The position numbers and the translations under genes were made by a program. DNA of 62,640 nucleotides, filler included, from Choristocarpus tenellus KU-1152 (Eukaryota; Protista; Phaeophyceae): NCBI GenBank assembly GCA_964200185.2. It is 14 parts of 14 records of this genome, joined end to end, with 100 filler letters (N's around TTAATTAATTAA, not from the genome) between each part and the next. Parts side by side here need not be neighbours in the genome. Positions count along the whole stretch, not along the records: positions 37,088 to 40,961 come from CAXNAD020017450.1; positions 41,062 to 44,008 come from CAXNAD020023455.1; positions 44,109 to 49,473 come from CAXNAD020011026.1; positions 49,574 to 54,987 come from CAXNAD020010860.1; 10 more parts are not named here. One strand, written 5' to 3'. Shown in pieces: positions 39,028 through 52,750 of the stretch. The notes beneath the pieces are model-generated. The model made no database searches and had not been told where the DNA came from. It worked only from the letters and a program-made list of their open reading frames with translations. Position 1 is the first letter of the stretch. Each line of letters begins with the position of its first letter.

Positions 39028-42000
39028 TATCTTATGTGATACGCTACAAAGCTGGGAATTCTTCTATGAAAGAAATCCATGCAGCCAACTTCAGACTATG
39101 AGAGGATCAGACGAAGAGTGATGTTATAAGTATGCTCTGGACAGGTCAATGTGTTTGTAATGTAGAAACCAAAGTACTGTAGTGGAAGACACAGGATGAT
39201 CAAATGCGATATCCAGAGAGAGCGATAGTCGCAAGCACTGTAGGAGGAGCCAATATATATGGTATGGTAATGGGGGACAGTTCAAATCATTATGGGCTGA
39301 AGCAGTTTTGCGAATTCAAAGATTTGACGAGCAGAGAAACACTCGCGATAAATTAGTGTGTAAACAAAAGTGTTCCAGATGTCAACAGTTTTTTATATAC
39401 AAGATCAGAAATACGGCATGTGTACAGCACTTGAAGTGAAGCACTAAGCACTGCAGGCCTCCGTGAGAATCCCAGCAAAGGGTGCTGTATGCATACATAC
39501 GAGCGAAAATATACAACAGAATCTCCACCCTCGGTTTTTTGACAACCATTACTGAATCCTTGATATTATTGCATCGTAGCAGTTCAATTGCTTCATTTCA
39601 CAACACAGTTTAAAACATCTAGCATAACTATGAAGCAATAAATTACTCGGATAGTCTATCTAAAACTATCATGCTCTGCTCTTCAGTCCATGCGTGTTTT
39701 TTTTTGTTCTTTTCTCAATATCCCTTATCCTGAGGGGTTATTTTTCTTTTGACACTGTGCACCGCTACTCGACAAAAAGTACTTACAGGTCAGTTTCTCA
39801 GTGGTAAGGAACCCAAATGATACAGCTTGTGCTTCTCCAGAATTGTTTATACCTGCTGTGACAACTGTAAACAACATAAACCAACATAACCAACATAACC
39901 AACAAAACAATGAAATGATTCTGTCGCCAAAACAATCCAAACGACACTACTCCTAAAACATAATCCACCTAAGGGAACACACACGACACAACAGCGCTTT
40001 TACAACACAATTTCAACACCTTTGTGAATGTGACATGTATCATTTACTTGGCTTTAGACTCAAGCGTCACAGATAACATATATTTTACGTCCAGAATGAT
40101 TTCGTTTTGAGTGTTTATTTTGCTTTCAATTTGATGTATAAAATGTGTCATGCGAATTTGGACTTGATTGTCATGGGCATAAGGAACGTTTCCAACGTTT
40201 CGACGCTTCCAAGACAAAAAAATAGACCTCAAAAAAGATATTCTTGACTTCAAATATCTTCTACGCATCATTGCGATACTTACTACCCCAAAGTTCGGTA
40301 TATCAGAGTGTAGGTCGACTCAGTACTGAAGATTAAGGATTAGTAGTAGGCTAGGGTAAAGGTCTGCATTGGGGATAGCGCATCTGTTGGAGAAAGTGAA
40401 TATACGAAGAACTAAAGATGGAATTTGCCAATGATTACGACTTCATGTCTCACCTTATTGAACAACCAGTGTCTGTTGTTGTCCAAATGAAACAACTATA
40501 CCTCTTTGTGTACACGTACTTTCCTCTTAACTTTTTCTTTACCCTGGAAAAATATTTCGTACCATAGTAACCAAGTACAAACTGTAGTAAGAACCAAGGA
40601 CCTGCGCACAAAATCGGCAAATAGTTACTCCGTTCTCAAGAGAATCACAATCAACTCCATCCCTACCCCCTCACTGCTCCCTCCTCGGAGTTACGATATC
40701 AGGTGACATATTGTGGGAATTGCAGTGACACATTCTAAGGAGGTATAAATCTTGTCACTGTGGCAATGCTGGGATTGTAGGTTAGCACTATGACACCAGC
40801 AGGTGTCAAGCATATGTTTTGGGTCAAAGTATCTTGGGGCGGGGGGTGGTTTGTTAGGGGGCGTCCGTTTCGGTCAAATCACGTTTTTTTTTGCTGACAT
40901 TTAAAATCCGATGGCTTCGACAAAATAACAACTAAAAACGGAAAAATGAAAAACAGGGGAANNNNNNNNNNNNNNNNNNNNNNNNNNNNNNNNNNNNNNN
41001 NNNNNTTAATTAATTAANNNNNNNNNNNNNNNNNNNNNNNNNNNNNNNNNNNNNNNNNNNNCTGGTGTAGACTTCCCCCCCCCCCCAGATACATTGGGTC
41101 ACAAATCAATGCCCGTTCATGTCATTAGTCTGAGTTATGGACGTCGGAACACATGCTACAAATCAAACATTTTCGAGTTTGAGATAACACCTTCCTGACA
41201 AGGTATACCTTTAAGGGGCCCTTCCTGTAGAAGTGTATACCTCAAGGCCTATTTCCTCATATCACATGAGCAATTGCTTCCTGATGACGTCAATATCGGA
41301 TTGTTTGGTAGAGCTTACAAGCTCCCCTCATTCACTTTCCCTGTTCACTCCTTCACTGAGTGACCTTCTGAGGGTTGGTCAACCTCCTGCCTTGTCTCTC
41401 TCCTTTCCCTTCCTTCTGTGGGTCTTCCCATTCCCTTTCACTCTGAAGGGCCTGTCTGCCCATTTCCAACTGTTCCACATTTTGTCATTTTACATTGCTT
41501 CAACACGTGGACATAGCAAATATTCTCAAGTCCATCTGACTTCGTGTTGGATAAGATGAATACATCATCAATCACTGGTCCCATTATTACTTGTATATAT
41601 AACATGTAATACATTTTTTTTTTTAAGTCGAAAGACCACAACAGGCAGCATCATCATCACTGACTCACTGAGTCAGAGTTTTCCGACACGCCTTAAATGC
41701 CAACAGGTCACTGCGCGAGATAAGGCCTCATTTGAACAAGGTCGTCACCAACAACAAACTACAGTATCCATGAAAAAATCCGTTTTAGTTCAATCTCGCA
41801 AAATACGACCAAAAAATCTCATTTCTAGGAAAATTCGAACTGGGTTTTAAAAGTTCGTTGTTGAAGGTGATGTCCCTGTGACTACATATTGTGCTCAAAA
41901 GGTGAGTTACCAGCCTCATACTTATTGCTTTTTACTAGGAGTAAAGAAGAACGCTTGAATTGTTTTTCAATGCAAACTCATCAATGACTCCGCCAAGTTG

Positions 42001-42544
42001 TTCAAGTTTTTCCTAGTGTATTGCACACATATTTTCAATCATAGATATCTCGATAGATCCAAAGAGATAAGGGAGGGTCAGGACTTGTTCCCTTAATGCC
42101 AAACACGAATGTAAGAAGATCCTCATACACCTCTTGTTTCATATCCAACCTTGCTTTTGCCACACCTAAACGGAGTAATAATGTAAATGATCGGGATGGT
42201 CAATTGTAGGATTGACTCTTTGACTTGAGCAGGAAATAGTTTAGATTCCACAATCTCTCGATGGCTACCCCCTCTGGCTGTGATTTTATTTATTTTACCT
42301 CAGTAGGAGGGGGCCTCGTAGACGGGCACATGCTTTCTGCTCCACATACACCCAAAAGCTTGGAACTAGGTCGAATCCTGTGCGTCTATTCTCGGAGCTG
42401 GGTTAAACCCTCCACTTATATTTGTTCCTTGCCACTGCCAATCGAGTGTACCGTTGACGCCTTCCTCCATCACCTCCACAACCCCATCCCCTCCTCCTTC
42501 AACTCCATTATCGAAAAAATCTTACGTATATCACCCCATCATAT

Positions 42545-42900
42545 AGTATTATATTATTATGCCCTTTGACATTTTACAGATGTATTAGGGGGGGCAATGA
42601 AAACTGTACATATTTTCAGTATATGCCCAAGGAAATAAAACGCCATAAATGCGAAAAACCCTAATCCATTATTTGTTACTTCTCCACTATCTAGGTTGTA
42701 CTACTACCCTCCTGTGTCTCCAATCTACCTATACCTGTGCCTCGGGAGGATCTAGGGAGGCATCCTAAGAATCCAATAAACCCCTCCGTACCCATCTCCC
42801 TGTTGATTCCAGCTTTAAACATATGACACGTCTACACAGTGCCACCTGTGTGGCTATCGAGACAATTTGGCGTAGCCGGAATTTAACTACTCCATATATA
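42545..42900 (-). mobile_element. CRE-like non-LTR retrotransposon 3' end
   Basis: Encodes GVVKFRLRQIVSIATQVALCRRVICLKLES, homologous to the end of the 9550-9020 ORF, followed by the same 3' UTR and terminal motif. Confidence 0.7.
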
Positions 42901-43737
42901 GTATCAGAACTACCATGTTGACATATATATAATGGCATGTAAGACATTTTAGATAGTGAATTACATTTTGCGCAAATGCCCTAATAATGAAAAACATCAT
43001 GACCTCGGTAAGACACTCAGGGCAACACTCAAAGGTTTTTTAATCTCATAGAGGAATTATCCAATCGAAGCGAACAATTCGATTTGTTTTAGTCAACAAA
43101 AATGGTGCAAAAGCTGCACTGTAGAAGGACAAGACTTACAATGGTTTGGGTGCCATGGGAGATTTGCCTTTTATGTTTGCTAGCATGTCACACCCTTTCG
43201 CTGCCTCAGTGGAAACCCCGATCGTTAGGCAGGAACTATGACTACCTCGCCAGAACAGGACGTCCATGCACGATGAGGTATCAAGCCAAACTTCGCTGCC
43301 ACACCAAGAGGTTGTCAACAGTGTACTGGCAACCCTCGCACCGATGCTTCAAGCTGTTTTAACCCAGAACTCCCCGCCCGCTATCTGTGCTGCCTTATAA
43401 TAACAACCTGCTTCTGTTCCTGCGAAATACGGACCTCGTTCATTCCAAAAAGCAATGCGTCAAAACCCATTCGACCAGTCACATCCGTTCCCCAGCCTGT
43501 GCTTCGATCCCCACTTGCTTTAGTCACAGACAGGGTGAGCGATAGAAGTCGACATCATTCGGACAAAGACCTACCCCCATCGCTCAATCCACTGGGGAAT
43601 GTCCAGGGAAGGGTCGAAATATACGGAAGCTAGCACAGGCTAAGGCAGACTGTTACAGGCGAATAGCGCGAGCATTTCTTCTTGTGTTCCAATTAAGTGC
43701 GAGCATTCCCATGTTTTAGCAAACACGAACATTTGTG

Positions 43738-44008
43738 ACTATTATATTATTATGCCCTCTGACATTTTGCAGATGTGTCGGGGGAAACCAATGTAAACTA
43801 TATATATGTCGTTATTAGCCCTAAAGAAATAAAATATCCTAAACGTAAGAACACTATAAACATTGTAAGTGTGGAAACCACTAATCAGCTACTTCACCAT
43901 TATCAACTATGGTACTACTGTCTTCCTTAGCTTCCCATCTACCTACTGGGGGGGAGCTAGGGAAGCGTCCCAAGAATCCAACAGACCCCTCCGTGCCCAT
44001 CTCCCTGG
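43738..44008 (-). mobile_element. CRE-like non-LTR retrotransposon 3' UTR/terminus, truncated by contig end
   Basis: GAGCTAGGGAAGCGTCCCAAGAATCCAACAGACCCCTCCGTGCCCATCTCCCTGG matches 8951-9006 and 42750-42802. Terminal ATTATGCCCTCTGACATTTTGCAGATGTGTC is present. Confidence 0.7.
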
Positions 44009-44465
44009 NNNNNNNNNNNNNNNNNNNNNNNNNNNNNNNNNNNNNNNNNNNNTTAATTAATTAANNNNNNNNNNNNNNNNNNNNNNNNNNNNNNNNNNNN
44101 NNNNNNNNCCCCCCCCAGATATTTTGGGCAAAAACTCCTCTCGACGACCTATGCTACACACCATTTTCGTGTCACTTTGACAAACACAACAAAGCCCTTT
44201 GTTCTCATACTTTGGCTGCACCTGTTGAAGGGAAAATATGAGGATTGAAATCATTTCCCCGACAGTAACTAGCAGCGTATGAATTTGTCGCATTTGTTAT
44301 TGTTGTTGAAGTGCATTGCACTGCATGTAATGTGGAGTACATGCTAGGAAATTAAAGAATCCAGGTTCCCTCAGTTGACCACACGTTCCACTGTTGTAAG
44401 GAATTGGCAGCTCCACGTGATAGACCTTTATCTGAGGTCAACTTTCATGAGATCGTAGTGAATAT

Positions 44466-44724
44466 GACCCAACGCATTGAAGAGAGTAGGGCCACGTCCG
44501 TTCGGGATCATAAACCCAATGTTGCGATTCTTGATGGATTTTTTCTATCGTGTTTGCTGGTAGGTGCCAATAGCCTTGCTCCTGACACACATTTCATAGT
44601 CGTACACACATTTAGGCAACTGTGTTCCAACAGAAAACCAAAAAAGGGCATAAAAAACCGTGGGGAGTCAAGCCCCGAACGGACAAACAAGGCAAAACTC
44701 CGATCCTCTTAAATGCTTTGACTC
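44466..44724. mobile_element. MITE family R2, diverged full-length copy
   Basis: Termini GACCCAACGCATTGAAGAG ... CCTCTTAAATGCTTTGACTC. Flanks are ATAT / ATAC. Contains the conserved GGACAAACA(A/G)GGCAAAACTC subterminal block. Confidence 0.7.
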
Positions 44725-45405
44725 ATACACATTGACTCTATCTTCCCCAACAATTCTTGGTTGGTTTTCACTGAAGTGTAATGTCCACAGGGTACTTGCC
44801 TGACTGGAAGATAGATCCCATCCTCTCCATTCAATCGACAAAATCCTGTGACCATGCGGCGGATATGAGTCTCAATGCGCAGAGCTTCCAGCTAATAGCA
44901 TGAGTACCATAGCCAAAAAAACAACGCAAGGGAGCTGAAAGAGTGAATTAACAGCTGGAATGCATCATTGGATGGAATAACGTGTGATCAAACAAATACT
45001 GCCATGTGATTCCTCTGATATTTTCACTGGAGCACTACCTGCTAAGGTAATCATTCGTCGTGAAGTTTTGAATCTCCAACAGGTAGGCAGGTCAATTGCA
45101 CGATGGGGAAGGACTGCAAACAACCACTGGTCGTTTTCATTCAATAGTGTCATCAATACTTTCAAGGTCCTTCCATTTACAACATCAAATGCAATGATGG
45201 CACAAAGAGTATCATTATGAGAACAATCAAATGTAATTGAAAGCAGTAAAAACAAGAAATCAAAAGGGGTATAATGCAAGAATGCGTAAGACATTCAAGC
45301 CAAAAGCACCCTCCAAATCCCCTTGGAAGAAGTACGACCAAGTCCTTCATCAAGCACGCTTTCACCTTTGTGCCCCTCTACTACATAGTGGCATATCCAA
45401 CTCAC

Positions 45406-48400
45406 TCTTATACCGTCAGCTTCATTAAGTCCGCTCAAAATCTTTGTATAGCTCTTGCCATGAAGGGAAGGCTCGACAAAATCTGAAAGTTTGCAATACC
45501 AATAGATGGGCAAGGGTGGGACAGGTGAAAGATCGAGGTGGAGTTTAACGCACTCAAGCCTTCAACATAGGCATATTCTGTAGGGTAAAAAAAGGTCGAA
45601 AAGTTGTCCCAATCACAAAAGCGAGACAAATTCATTAGGTAAGTAAGTATACCATGTCACACACCAATCTCTGGGGCATTCTCTATGGCCTTGATCTGTA
45701 AAGAACAAATAGTTGCAGAAACAAGTAGAGCGTGTAGCGAGGAGATTTAAAACACTTTTTCTTCTTGTCTAATACTCTCCCATCTATTATACTCGAGAAC
45801 GAAACAGCTGAGCCTGCTACACCAAATACCACTATTTCACATACATACCTTGTTCCCCCTACTCTTGTAGCTTTTAACGGATGATTTCTGCATTACAAAC
45901 ACTCTGACGCACACAAGACCAAGCTCTGATTGATTCTGTTATCACATAGAAAAGCATCAAGTCTCCATATGGAATCTAATTAACACTCCTCATACGTACA
46001 ACACACCTCAGGCCGTCCCGCTTGCCACCACTCATCTGTACAGTCAGTTAGAAAGACTTAGCACCATGGGAACTGGGACAATCTACATAACTCTTGCAAG
46101 ACCCAAGATCCCGTTTGACAGCTAATCATAGTACAATCTAGAGCTGCCATCTTTCCATCTCAAAGCCTTTCTTTAGTCACCTGGCAAAGATGACTTGTGC
46201 CAACCGCGTACCCTCTCCCAACGCTCTGTTCCCCTCAAATGGTAGTTATATGCTGCAAGAATGAGGGAATCAATGTTTATGATAGTCTAGGTGAGGAGAA
46301 TAGACCTTGAAAAGGTAAGAAGGGGGTATGGGATGGGCTATTGGCAACATCACAAAGTGATTTTAAAATGACAGGAAATTTTCATGTTAGTGGTTGCGAT
46401 ATAAGTTGTAGCCCATCCAAAGTTTGAGCTTATTTTTCCCGTTCATGAGTTATTCTTGAACATGTTGCCACAGTGGCCTGCTGCAAATCTGAATTGAAAG
46501 AGGGACATGCAAAATATTCATGCCTGTAAAACGCAACTCCTATATCTTCGGACCCGACAACAAAATCACTGTACATTTTCATGTTCTTAGTGAGCAGGGG
46601 AAGAAATAGGCTAACAAGAAAATGCCACCAACCGGATCATACCCTTGAGCAGCGCAATTGAAACCCTTTCCCATCACACCTGAAAGAATAATATCAAAAG
46701 GGTCTCGAATAAAGTGCACAATCTTGGCTCTCCCAAAGTCACTTTCCGTTGGAGTGCACGATTCCTCAGGAAAATATTTTTGACAGTGCGAAAAGCCAAC
46801 GGCATATCCTTCATCCTCTCGTGATCTGATATAGTGGGGTTGGCAAGGGTGAGGTTGTCCGGAGGTGGCTACTCAATCAGATAGTGGAAAAACAAAAACT
46901 GATCATTGAGTGAATAATATAGAGAGAAGGGCAGTGCGGCGGCAGAAACTCTACCTCAAGTTTGTTTTTGCTAGCTCTCAGCACATCAACTCTCTACAGG
47001 CCATGGGAAACAACAGCAATGTCCTTCTGAGGCTTGCATACTGATAGCATTAAAAATATCCCCCAGTTTGACCAATTCAAAGTGGTAACCCATCTGTATG
47101 GGGGCACACAATATCTGATGGGAAATATACTAGAGTCCTAACTCAAGACAACGGGGCAGTGCAGTAAGGCATAATATATAATATAGGGCAAGTGCTAGTG
47201 AGGGGAAGCAAAGGTAAAATGAATCAGGGTCTGAGAGTTGACAATATTCAACACACCACTGGCTAGTGCCTGAGTAAAGAAATTATACCTTACAATTTCA
47301 AATTGACTTATGCTAGCCAGCTTCAAATCTCCTTCATGCATTGAGTCAAAGCAAATGAGAGGTATCCAGAGTTGTATTTTGAGGATGCTGACAAAAATGT
47401 GTAAAATTTGCCTTTTTTTTCAAAAAGTGTACAGCATATTTCTGGATTGTGTCGAAAGTTCTTAAACAGAAAAATACGCCCTCTCAAGTCAACTTTAGAA
47501 TTTCATCAATAGAATATTGGTAAAACAGACTCAAAATGCCCAATGCCCAAAACCTGGGTACCTCTAATTTACTTCGTCTCATTTCATTGTGAACTCAGAA
47601 AAGGAGAATGAGGACCACAGACGCATATGTGTAGTACTACATAGTGGCACAATGGAGACAGATCTAAGCCTTACGACACCATAAGGCCATTTTGTGCTGT
47701 TCTGAAAAATGCTCTGTCACTTGGATTAGGGCTTAATTGTTTCAAGCAAAAAGGATCACCGAAGAGGCAAAGGATACTGAATTACATTGTGCCATGATTT
47801 TAGATATATTAGATGGGTAAAGTCCATATAACGTGTGATATATTTTCTCATTTCTCTCTATCCCCCTTGAATCAGTTAAAAGGCTTCAAACCAGCAGTGT
47901 TAATTAAATTTTGCTCGAATATAGCAAGAAAAATATAGAATACTTACAGATACACATATTACACATCTTCATTGAATACTAGTGACCTAAGTGGGCCCCT
48001 TTTCCGAAGCACAGCGCCAACCAAATCCAGAAAGTTCCCCTCTTCAATGACTAAGAATCAGAAGTAAAAAAGCTGTATGGCACCAAAATATTTACTGCTA
48101 CAGTGCAAGTACTCGATATATATCGCCACTGGTGTCTTGTGCATGCACACTAAACTATATATTAAAATCAATCAAACGACTGCTTTCATCCAGAACTGTT
48201 GTGGGATCGCATTCACTTTAATGAAAATCTCTCCACAATTAGATTCAAAATACCACAGCTACATCCCACTTGTCCTATGTCGTGTCTTGTGCTGTAGACA
48301 GAGCCCATATCACTGAAACAAAGTGTGCCTTCTTTGTAACCCTAAAATGCACTTCAAAAGATAAACGTATCAGCAAGATATGTCGCAAATGGTGCATATA

Positions 48401-48979
48401 TGAGGTCTGGGGGGATGTGAAGAGGATATACACACTTTGGGAATGACAATGGAATCCTGGTGATGGAAAGAGAAAACATTCAGTCAATAGGGCAAACTCA
48501 TTCATCATAGCTTGCAGTAGATGTTGCGGTCAAGACCTTGAGCTAAAGGTTGTGGTACAAAAGCATGTCTAGGGGACAAAAAATATTGGATGTCGCCACA
48601 AGAGGACAGACCTGGGAGTCAGAGAGGGGATGGAACATACAACCATTAGCACCCTGAACAAAATAATGTTGTGGCACAGATTGTCTGCATCACTGGTGGG
48701 GACATGCAGTGAAAAGCTACTCAGCACAAAGGATGCTACCTCTTCAACCTCCGAGCAGTAGCTTGACATATGTTAGAAAGGCGGCAGCAGTTTCTCCGAT
48801 ATGAGTATGACAATCAAATGGTCAACATACCTCAAATGTTGTATTCCAGTGCCACATTTCCACAACTGGGGCACATGCTCTAGCTCATCGGCAGCCTTTG
48901 CCACCTCACTGCAGTAGTTCATAATTGTGTGAAGGAGCTCATACGAGAACACATTGCCTGACTTGTGCATAGAACCAAA
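45406..48979 (-). CDS. Sulfotransferase-like (P-loop, PAPS-binding) protein, partial, at least 5 exons
   Basis: Exons 48979-48831 (FGSMHKSGNVFSYELLHTI..), 46825-46680 (..GRAKIVHFIRDPFDIILS), 46252-46212 (AYNYHLRGTERWER), 45695-45665 (IKAIENAPEI) and 45482-45406 (DFVEPSLHGKSYTKILSGLNEADGIR). All GT-AG and in phase. HKSG resembles the 5'-PSB loop and RDP.D..LS.Y.YH the 3'-PB motif. Confidence 0.72.
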
Positions 48980-49335
48980 CTGTTAAGAGGAGAAAGGTTA
49001 AAATAAAAACCAGTTAGTTGCTTTATGGAAATAAAAATATTTCAGGTTCGAGTCCCTTCAAAAGTGCCTGTCCGACCTTCTTAAATACCCTGAATCTAGA
49101 TATCAGCTTGCATTTGTCCATCAATTGGGTGGCACCCTCCCCCAGGACCAAAAAATAGCACTGGTTCATTTCCCCAGTTCTGTATGGAAGGATTAGTTCC
49201 ATATCACGACTGAACACCTTACATCCTCAAACACTCAAATTTGTTTCCAGTACTGAACTGTAGTAAAGAGGGCTCTAGTACAGGAGATAGAAAATCAACT
49301 TTCAAAGTTTGAAAGTGATGGGTCATTATGCAATT

Positions 49336-49473
49336 GACTCAAAGTACCTGGGGGGGGAGGGGGTGGCAGCTGTCCATTTGGGGTCAATTTTTCATGTCGC
49401 AATTTTTGGGTGATTTGGTTGCATACATCGGATGGATAATGTAAATACACTTTTCCTGGACACCCTGGTATAG
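49336..49473. mobile_element. MITE family R1, truncated by contig end
   Basis: GACTCAAAGTACCTGGGGGG.. is an inverted match to 29200-29364. Preceded by AATT. Confidence 0.8.
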
Positions 49474-49755
49474 NNNNNNNNNNNNNNNNNNNNNNNNNNN
49501 NNNNNNNNNNNNNNNNNTTAATTAATTAANNNNNNNNNNNNNNNNNNNNNNNNNNNNNNNNNNNNNNNNNNNNGGGGGAAGGTGGGTCAGGTCAGGTCAG
49601 TGTCATGTCCAATAGCAACGCTGGAAAGAAAAAAGCTAAGGAATATATAGATATAGATATAGATAAATATTTTTGCATCAAAACAAAAAAAATAATGAGG
49701 GGAAAGCAGTGCAAAACCAAAAACCAAAAAAAGAGTTGGAGGCGAGGAAAAATAA

Positions 49756-49830
<75 letters not shown>

Positions 49831-50034
49831 ATTTATTTTTTAAGACAATCCTGTCAGGAATGGTTCGGTCCCAATTGTAGATGGTTCTGAAATGGCAACT
49901 ATCCCTAACCTCAGCGAACAAGTGGATGGTACTGAATTAAGTCAGGAGTACACAGCTTAACTCTGCTTTAAAAAACGGAGGTACGACCACTAGACAATAT
50001 CCATTGTAGTGGTGTCTGCAGCACAGAACCTTTA

Positions 50035-50338
50035 CGGTACTTTCACGGTACTTTCACGGTATTTAGCAAGGTACTTTCATGGTATATAGCAAGGTACTTT
50101 CGTGGTACTTTCAGGGTACTTTCACAGTACTTCACTGTATATAGCAAGGTACTTTCACGGTACTTTCACTGTATTTAGCAAGGTACTTTCACGGTACTTT
50201 CACTGTATTTAGCAAGGTGCTTTCATGGTACTTTCACTGTATTTAGCAAGGTACTTTCAGGGTACTTTCACGTTACGTTTACGGTATTTAGCAAGGTACT
50301 TTCAGGGTACTCAGCAAGGTACTCTTAGGGTACTTTCA
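50035..50338. repeat. Composite minisatellite of GGTACTTTCAC (11 bp) and GGTATTTAGCAA (12 bp) units
   Basis: About 25 short units that alternate, often as a 34-bp higher-order repeat (11+11+12). Confidence 0.9.
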
Positions 50339-51191
50339 TCATGTTTACAAGGGACTTGCCATCAGTGAGGGAGAGAGGCAGGTTATTGTTGATCTTGTAA
50401 CATCTAAGGAGTCACAAAAGCACACGGGCTGTATTCAAGGCTTTTGGGCTTTTGGGATGATGGGTTGCAACTGCAAGCAGGGATATGTCGATGCTGTCGA
50501 GGGGAGAGTTGAGGGAAGACAATGCCATTCACACATTACATTCTTAGGGTTAGGGTTAGGGTTAGTGTTAGTGCAGTACTCCGTACTGTATCTAATCTTT
50601 TTTTTGAGTTCATTGCGAGATACAAATAAACAAAATAAAAACACATGGCGAGGTGAGGGAAAAGATCATTTTTTTTCCCTAAAATGGTAAAAATTGACAA
50701 GAAAATTCAAATGGTAGGAAACAATAATATCACATGTAATTATTTTTTAGTTCATTGTGAGATACAAATAAACAAAATAAAAACTCACGGCGAGGTGAGG
50801 GAGAAGATCATTTTTTTTTATCCCAAATGACAAAAGATTATATTTTTTATTCATTTCAAATCTTGGAAAACAATAACAAAATGAAGCGTTCCCAACTACC
50901 GCCGTGTACAGAAAAAAAAGAAAAGAAATGAGATTATAATTCCGGAAAATAATAATAATAAAATCTGACAGTGAAACAAGAGAAAAATCAAAAAATTAAA
51001 ATAGCAATCGAATGGTCAGTTCCGCCGTAAAACGCAAAAGATCCAAAAAGTGAAAGCAAAAAAAATAAATGACACAAGTCTCCTAAGCAACAATAGCAGT
51101 CTACCCCCCCTTCCCCTTCCCCTTCCCCATCCCTTTCCCCTTCCACATCAGCTCGACAACTCCATTGACCTCATTCATCGAACTGCATGCC

Positions 51192-51273
<82 letters not shown>

Positions 51274-51314
51274 CACACCAAACTGCCTCTCTCACAAACA
51301 CAACCAGCACGTAC

Positions 51315-51527
51315 CTTAGCAAGCGAATCTCTCTCCTCCTGTACACCCCTCAGAGCTGATCGAGCTTTCCTAACCGTCTTTTCCATCTCGCTCTGCTTGA
51401 ATGCTAGCGCAGCCCCCTCATCGATGTACGCCTGCCCAACGCGAGTTCAGATTATTTTTGTCACTGGTCACTGGGGGGAGGATAAGAGTTTTGATCGAAA
51501 CAGAGAGCGTTTCTAAACACACACACA

Positions 51528-51594
<67 letters not shown>

Positions 51595-52457
51595 TTTTTT
51601 TCTTATTGTTCTGTACCACAAGACTCGAGTCAGGATACATATATATATATATATACAAATATATGTTTGTGTATATGTACTGTGTATGTATATATGTGTA
51701 TGCGCATGTGCATGTGGATGTGTATATCTACTGTATATGTGTATGCATATGTGTATGTGCCTATGTAGCTGTAAGTATCATGTCACCCTCCCTTCACAAG
51801 GAAAAAATAAAAAGGTCGTGTGTGTGTGTGTGTGTGTGCGTGTGTGTGTGTAGTTTTAAACCCCATAAAGGGGGTTTGAACCCCCCCCCCAAAAGAAATC
51901 GCAACGGAAAATTATTCCATGTTCTTTTCTTCCCTCCACATTATTCTCTTTGCTACTCGCTCAAAAGTACACACCGAAAAAGTTTTTTTTTTGAAATGTT
52001 TAAAAAAAGAAGGAAACGAAATGCACTTGAAAGAAAGAAATATAAAAGAGATGAAAGAAAAAAGAAAAGATGTTCCAAACAGTATCTTTGTAAAAAGGAA
52101 CCAAATAAATAAATAAATAAATAAAATCGATATCCAGTCTTAAAAGCACGTAAGAAACAATCCCCGCCGCTGCACACTTTGTACCCCAGCACACCTCACA
52201 GCCGTCCTGTTCTCTCACATCTCAAACCCAAACCACAACAACACTAAATGCAAATATACATATACATACACATAAATACATATACATATATATTATATAT
52301 ATATATATATATATATGCGTGAATACGTGCTTCAGGACACGTACATACGTACCTGCAACATCTTGTCCTTCTCCACCCATTCCTCGGCCCTCCTCTCCAT
52401 GTCCTTAAGGGCCTCCGCCTGAGCTTTGCAACGTTCATTTTGCACCTCCAGCGCCGC
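51315..52457 (-). CDS. TMF1: TMF1/golgin candidate 5-like coiled-coil protein, 2 internal exons
   Basis: Exons 52457-52353 (AALEVQNERCKAQAEALKDMERRAEEWVEKDKMLQ) and 51431-51315 (AYIDEGAALAFKQSEMEKTVRKARSALRGVQEERDSLAK). GT-AG, phase 0. The pattern EKD..L....EG..L..KQ...E..VRK.R matches the TMF_DNA_bd region. Confidence 0.7.
51517..51592. repeat. (CA)n microsatellite
   Basis: Long CA run. Other (CA/TG)n, (TA)n, (GA)n and (TAT)n tracts are scattered through the introns. Confidence 0.95.
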
Positions 52458-52719
52458 CTTTAAAGCACATTTCAACAGAAACATTCATGGGAGGAGGGAA
52501 CAGAAAAGAGCCCGGGAGCAGCCCCAGCAGCGCCCAGGGGCACTGTCAGTAGTGTTCAGGAGCGGCATCAGTAGCGCCCCGTAGCGAAAACTCAGGAAAG
52601 AGATCAGGCCTCGGGGATCACCCGCAGCATCGAATGCAATATACAGTACTTAGTACATTGTATTGTCTTTTTTTTCAGGAGATACAAATAATTCACAGTT
52701 TTTTGGGGGGTACATCATA

Positions 52720-52750
<31 letters not shown>

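Noticed and set aside
51197-51272. Long poly-C/poly-G tracts giving poly-Pro/poly-Gly ORFs (also near 3240-3670, 7790, 10250, 14080, 16680)
   Set aside because: Homopolymers next to gaps with low-quality flanks. Their lengths are unreliable and the ORFs are not credible proteins.
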